From positions 1,328,536 to 1,392,535 of the forward strand of contig NW_003314290.1 of NCBI RefSeq assembly GCF_000143415.4: a stretch of 64,000 nucleotides of DNA, written 5' to 3'. This document shows positions 61,396 to 64,000 of this stretch, piece after piece (position 1 is the stretch's first letter; each line of letters starts with the position of its first letter). Under the pieces are notes generated by a model. The model had not been told where the DNA came from, ran no database searches, and saw only the letters and a list, made by a program, of their open reading frames with translations. The stretch comes from Selaginella moellendorffii. Taxonomy: Eukaryota; Plantae; Lycopodiophyta. The translations under genes and the position numbers were made by a program.

Positions 61396-62517
61396 TCCGA
61401 TGAACTCTTTGTCATTTCGGTCATGTTTTCGGGGATCCTTTAGCCTACGACACTTCGGGGAGTTGGTTCCTTACAGAAAGAAAGTGGAGTTCTAAAGTAA
61501 AGGGGAAATTATGTGGGAAACTTGACAAAACAATTAAACATAGAACAAGAGGAGACAAAAGTGGAATAAAGAAAAGTAAAAAATGAAATAAAGAGAAGAG
61601 AAGAAAAAAATAAAAAATAAAGGAAAAATTAAAAAAAGATGGAAACAAGTAATAGAACCATTTACCTAGACTCTAACTTAAAGCATCCTTACCTCTAGAA
61701 AGTACCTCAAATATAACCTAATTGCTCTTAAAGTTCAAAGGGAATGAAGTGATAGAATTAAATGTGTTACTCGAGAATGGGAACTGTAATAATAATGGAA
61801 GATAGTGGCCTAACAAGTGAATGGTGAAAGATATTAATAGCTGACTATAATGGATTATTAGTGGAGGAGATCTAACAGCTTATGAATATTATCAAAGTGG
61901 TTAGTAGTGAAAAAGGCTTGTAACCTTCACAAGCATTTACTAGAATCACTATATTCTATGGCATAAGTACATATATGATGACTAATTTCCCAACTAAGTT
62001 GAGTAGAGATTGATAAAGAATTCAACAATACCAACCTCCTATAATGCACTCTATCTATCTCCCCTTAAACCAATTAAAAAGGGGTAATTTCTTGATGAGA
62101 GAGCTACCCTTATTTATCCTTTAGGGTTCCAAAGATTTATGGTGATAGTATATTTAAATCTTATCCCATAATCATATGTGCTGCACCTTCTGTTTTTATG
62201 GCAGTAAGGAAAAAATATCTAAAAGGATTAGCTAATAAATAACTTTCAATACCCCCAATCACATTTATGACACTACTATAGTTTTAGAACCTCCCACAAC
62301 CCTTGTTAGGGATGATTGCTTTGGGCTTTCACCCCATGATCTGTATTAGTATTTGAACTTAGTCTCAGACTCGAGTTTGGACTTGATCTCAAACATAGTC
62401 TTGGACCTGATCTCGGATCTCAAACTCAGTCTCGAACTTGATTTCGGAATCTATCTCGAACTTGATCTTGGACTCTATCTTGAACTTTATCTCGGACTTT
62501 ATCTCAAACTCAGTCTC

Positions 62518-63897
62518 TGTAGCATATGTAGTTTTTACCCTTTATCCTATGGTGATTTACTATAGGATAACCATGAAGCGAAACCTAAACCCTTCATATA
62601 TCACGTGTTATATGCCATGTGCCACATGCCACATGTCTAAAGGACAATGGAGTGGAACATGACTTTCAAGGCCTTGGGCCACTGAATGAAGGAATATAGT
62701 CAAACTTTTAAGCATGGAGCCAAGGAGTGAAGGAACCAATATATAGAGTGACTCTTAAGTGTACAATCCAAGGAGTGAAAGGACAGGAGCACGGAGTAAT
62801 TTGGAATAGTCTTAGAGCATCCAGCATCCCAATGCTAGAACCAACATGCAAAACAGAGCTAAACATAATTTAGCACTATATTAACATACTAATAGCTTAA
62901 TGCAAGGATATGGGTACTCCACCAACTATCATGGTATGAAATTTAGGCTTAAACCCAAATTGGATATAGAACAAAGATAAACATGCAAATGAGAGCGAAA
63001 CTATACCTCAAGTTAGTCAACCATGCCCAACCTACCCACTATCTCTACTATACATTTGGAACCCTTTACAGCCCTTGCTCCCCCCCCCCTTGCCCTGAGG
63101 AATATATGCTTTGGGCTTTCACCCTTAGCCATCCTTAGTACCAAAAACTCAAAGTTTATTAAATATGGAATAGTGCTAAGTTGAGAGTTTGGACACAAGA
63201 CGAACACTATTGTGTTCAAAACAATCTTTACATTCCATAAATATGCCAAATTAGTAAATCTAGCCACTTTCCATAAATAGCAATTAAGAATAAATGCAAC
63301 TAATACAAAAAGTGCATGATAGTGAGGGTGTTTGGCAGATATAGTAAGCTATCATTTAGCGAATATTGAGGGACTAAACTCAATACGCAAGGACTTAGCT
63401 ATCATTTAGCGAATATTGAGGGACTAAACTCAATACGCAAGGACTTTTGCAAGGTAGTACAAGACAGAGCAAAAGAGAACTAAGAGTTAGGCCGAGTATC
63501 CTCAGCAAGAAATACATAGGAGTTCCTACCTTATATTCATCTAGCTAATACAAAGTGTATGATAGCAAGGGTGTTTGGCAGACATGGTAAACTATCATTT
63601 AATGAATATTGAGGGACCAAGTTCAATATGCGAGGGTTTTTGTCAAGGTAGTATAAGATATAGCAAAAGAGGACTAAGAGCTAAATTGAGTATCCTTAGC
63701 AAAAATATATAGGAGTTCCTACCTTATGTTCATTTAATTAAGTATAGATGTTAAGCCCACTTTACTAACACTTGAACAAAAGGGACTGATAAAGGGCTTA
63801 GCAATACCAACCTTTTGCCGTCGTAGTAGTAACGAAAGAATATTCAAAAGAACTAACCAACAAATAACTTTTGATACCTATAGTCATATTCATGATA
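62518..63897. mobile_element. LTR-like repeat, reverse-complement homolog of 1662-2797, with internal tandem duplications
   Basis: Starts TGTAGCA and is colinear with the reverse complement of 1662-2797; it carries a ~50-bp near-exact duplication near 63345-63445 and a ~250-bp duplication across 63300-63760. Confidence 0.75.
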
Positions 63898-64000
63898 GGT
63901 GTGCCATAGGATGGATAATGGTGAAACTCTAAATTAATTTTCTTAGGCATGTTATCTAAAGGTTTGAGTTGCAATGCTCATGTGAGATATAAAATCCCTA

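Noticed and set aside
58615-62517. CRISPR-like array
   Set aside because: Contiguous tandem units without unique spacers, in a eukaryotic context with no cas genes.

Overview
Eukaryotic plant nuclear DNA. The very compact genes, 50-100 nt GT-AG introns and gene families suggest a lycophyte such as Selaginella (inference). A dense gene island (about 15.3-56.3 kb) holds 16 recognisable protein-coding loci: SFT2/Got1, an eRF1-like gene, cofactor-dependent phosphoglycerate mutase, TGA bZIP, UGT, peroxisomal glutamate:glyoxylate aminotransferase, CK2 beta, LARP1, PLS-E PPR, a GT77-like transferase, EBP/HYD1 sterol isomerase, an NC/LRAT-domain protein, MRG, CYP707A, CYP97B and LTO1/VKOR. Both flanks are AT-rich, decayed retrotransposon DNA, including a tandem short-LTR Ty3/gypsy array with a tRNA-Ala PBS, several copies of a 1.1-1.4 kb LTR-like repeat, 12-bp minisatellites and an assembly gap. 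The standout observation is the intronless eRF1 paralog (16512-17759, minus). It keeps the GTS, NIKS, YxCxxF and GGQ motifs but is split by one in-frame UGA in the leaky context UGA-CGG, followed 10 nt later by an 11/12-bp hairpin. This is the layout of a programmed readthrough signal and suggests a release-factor negative-feedback switch. A young pseudogene cannot be excluded from sequence alone.
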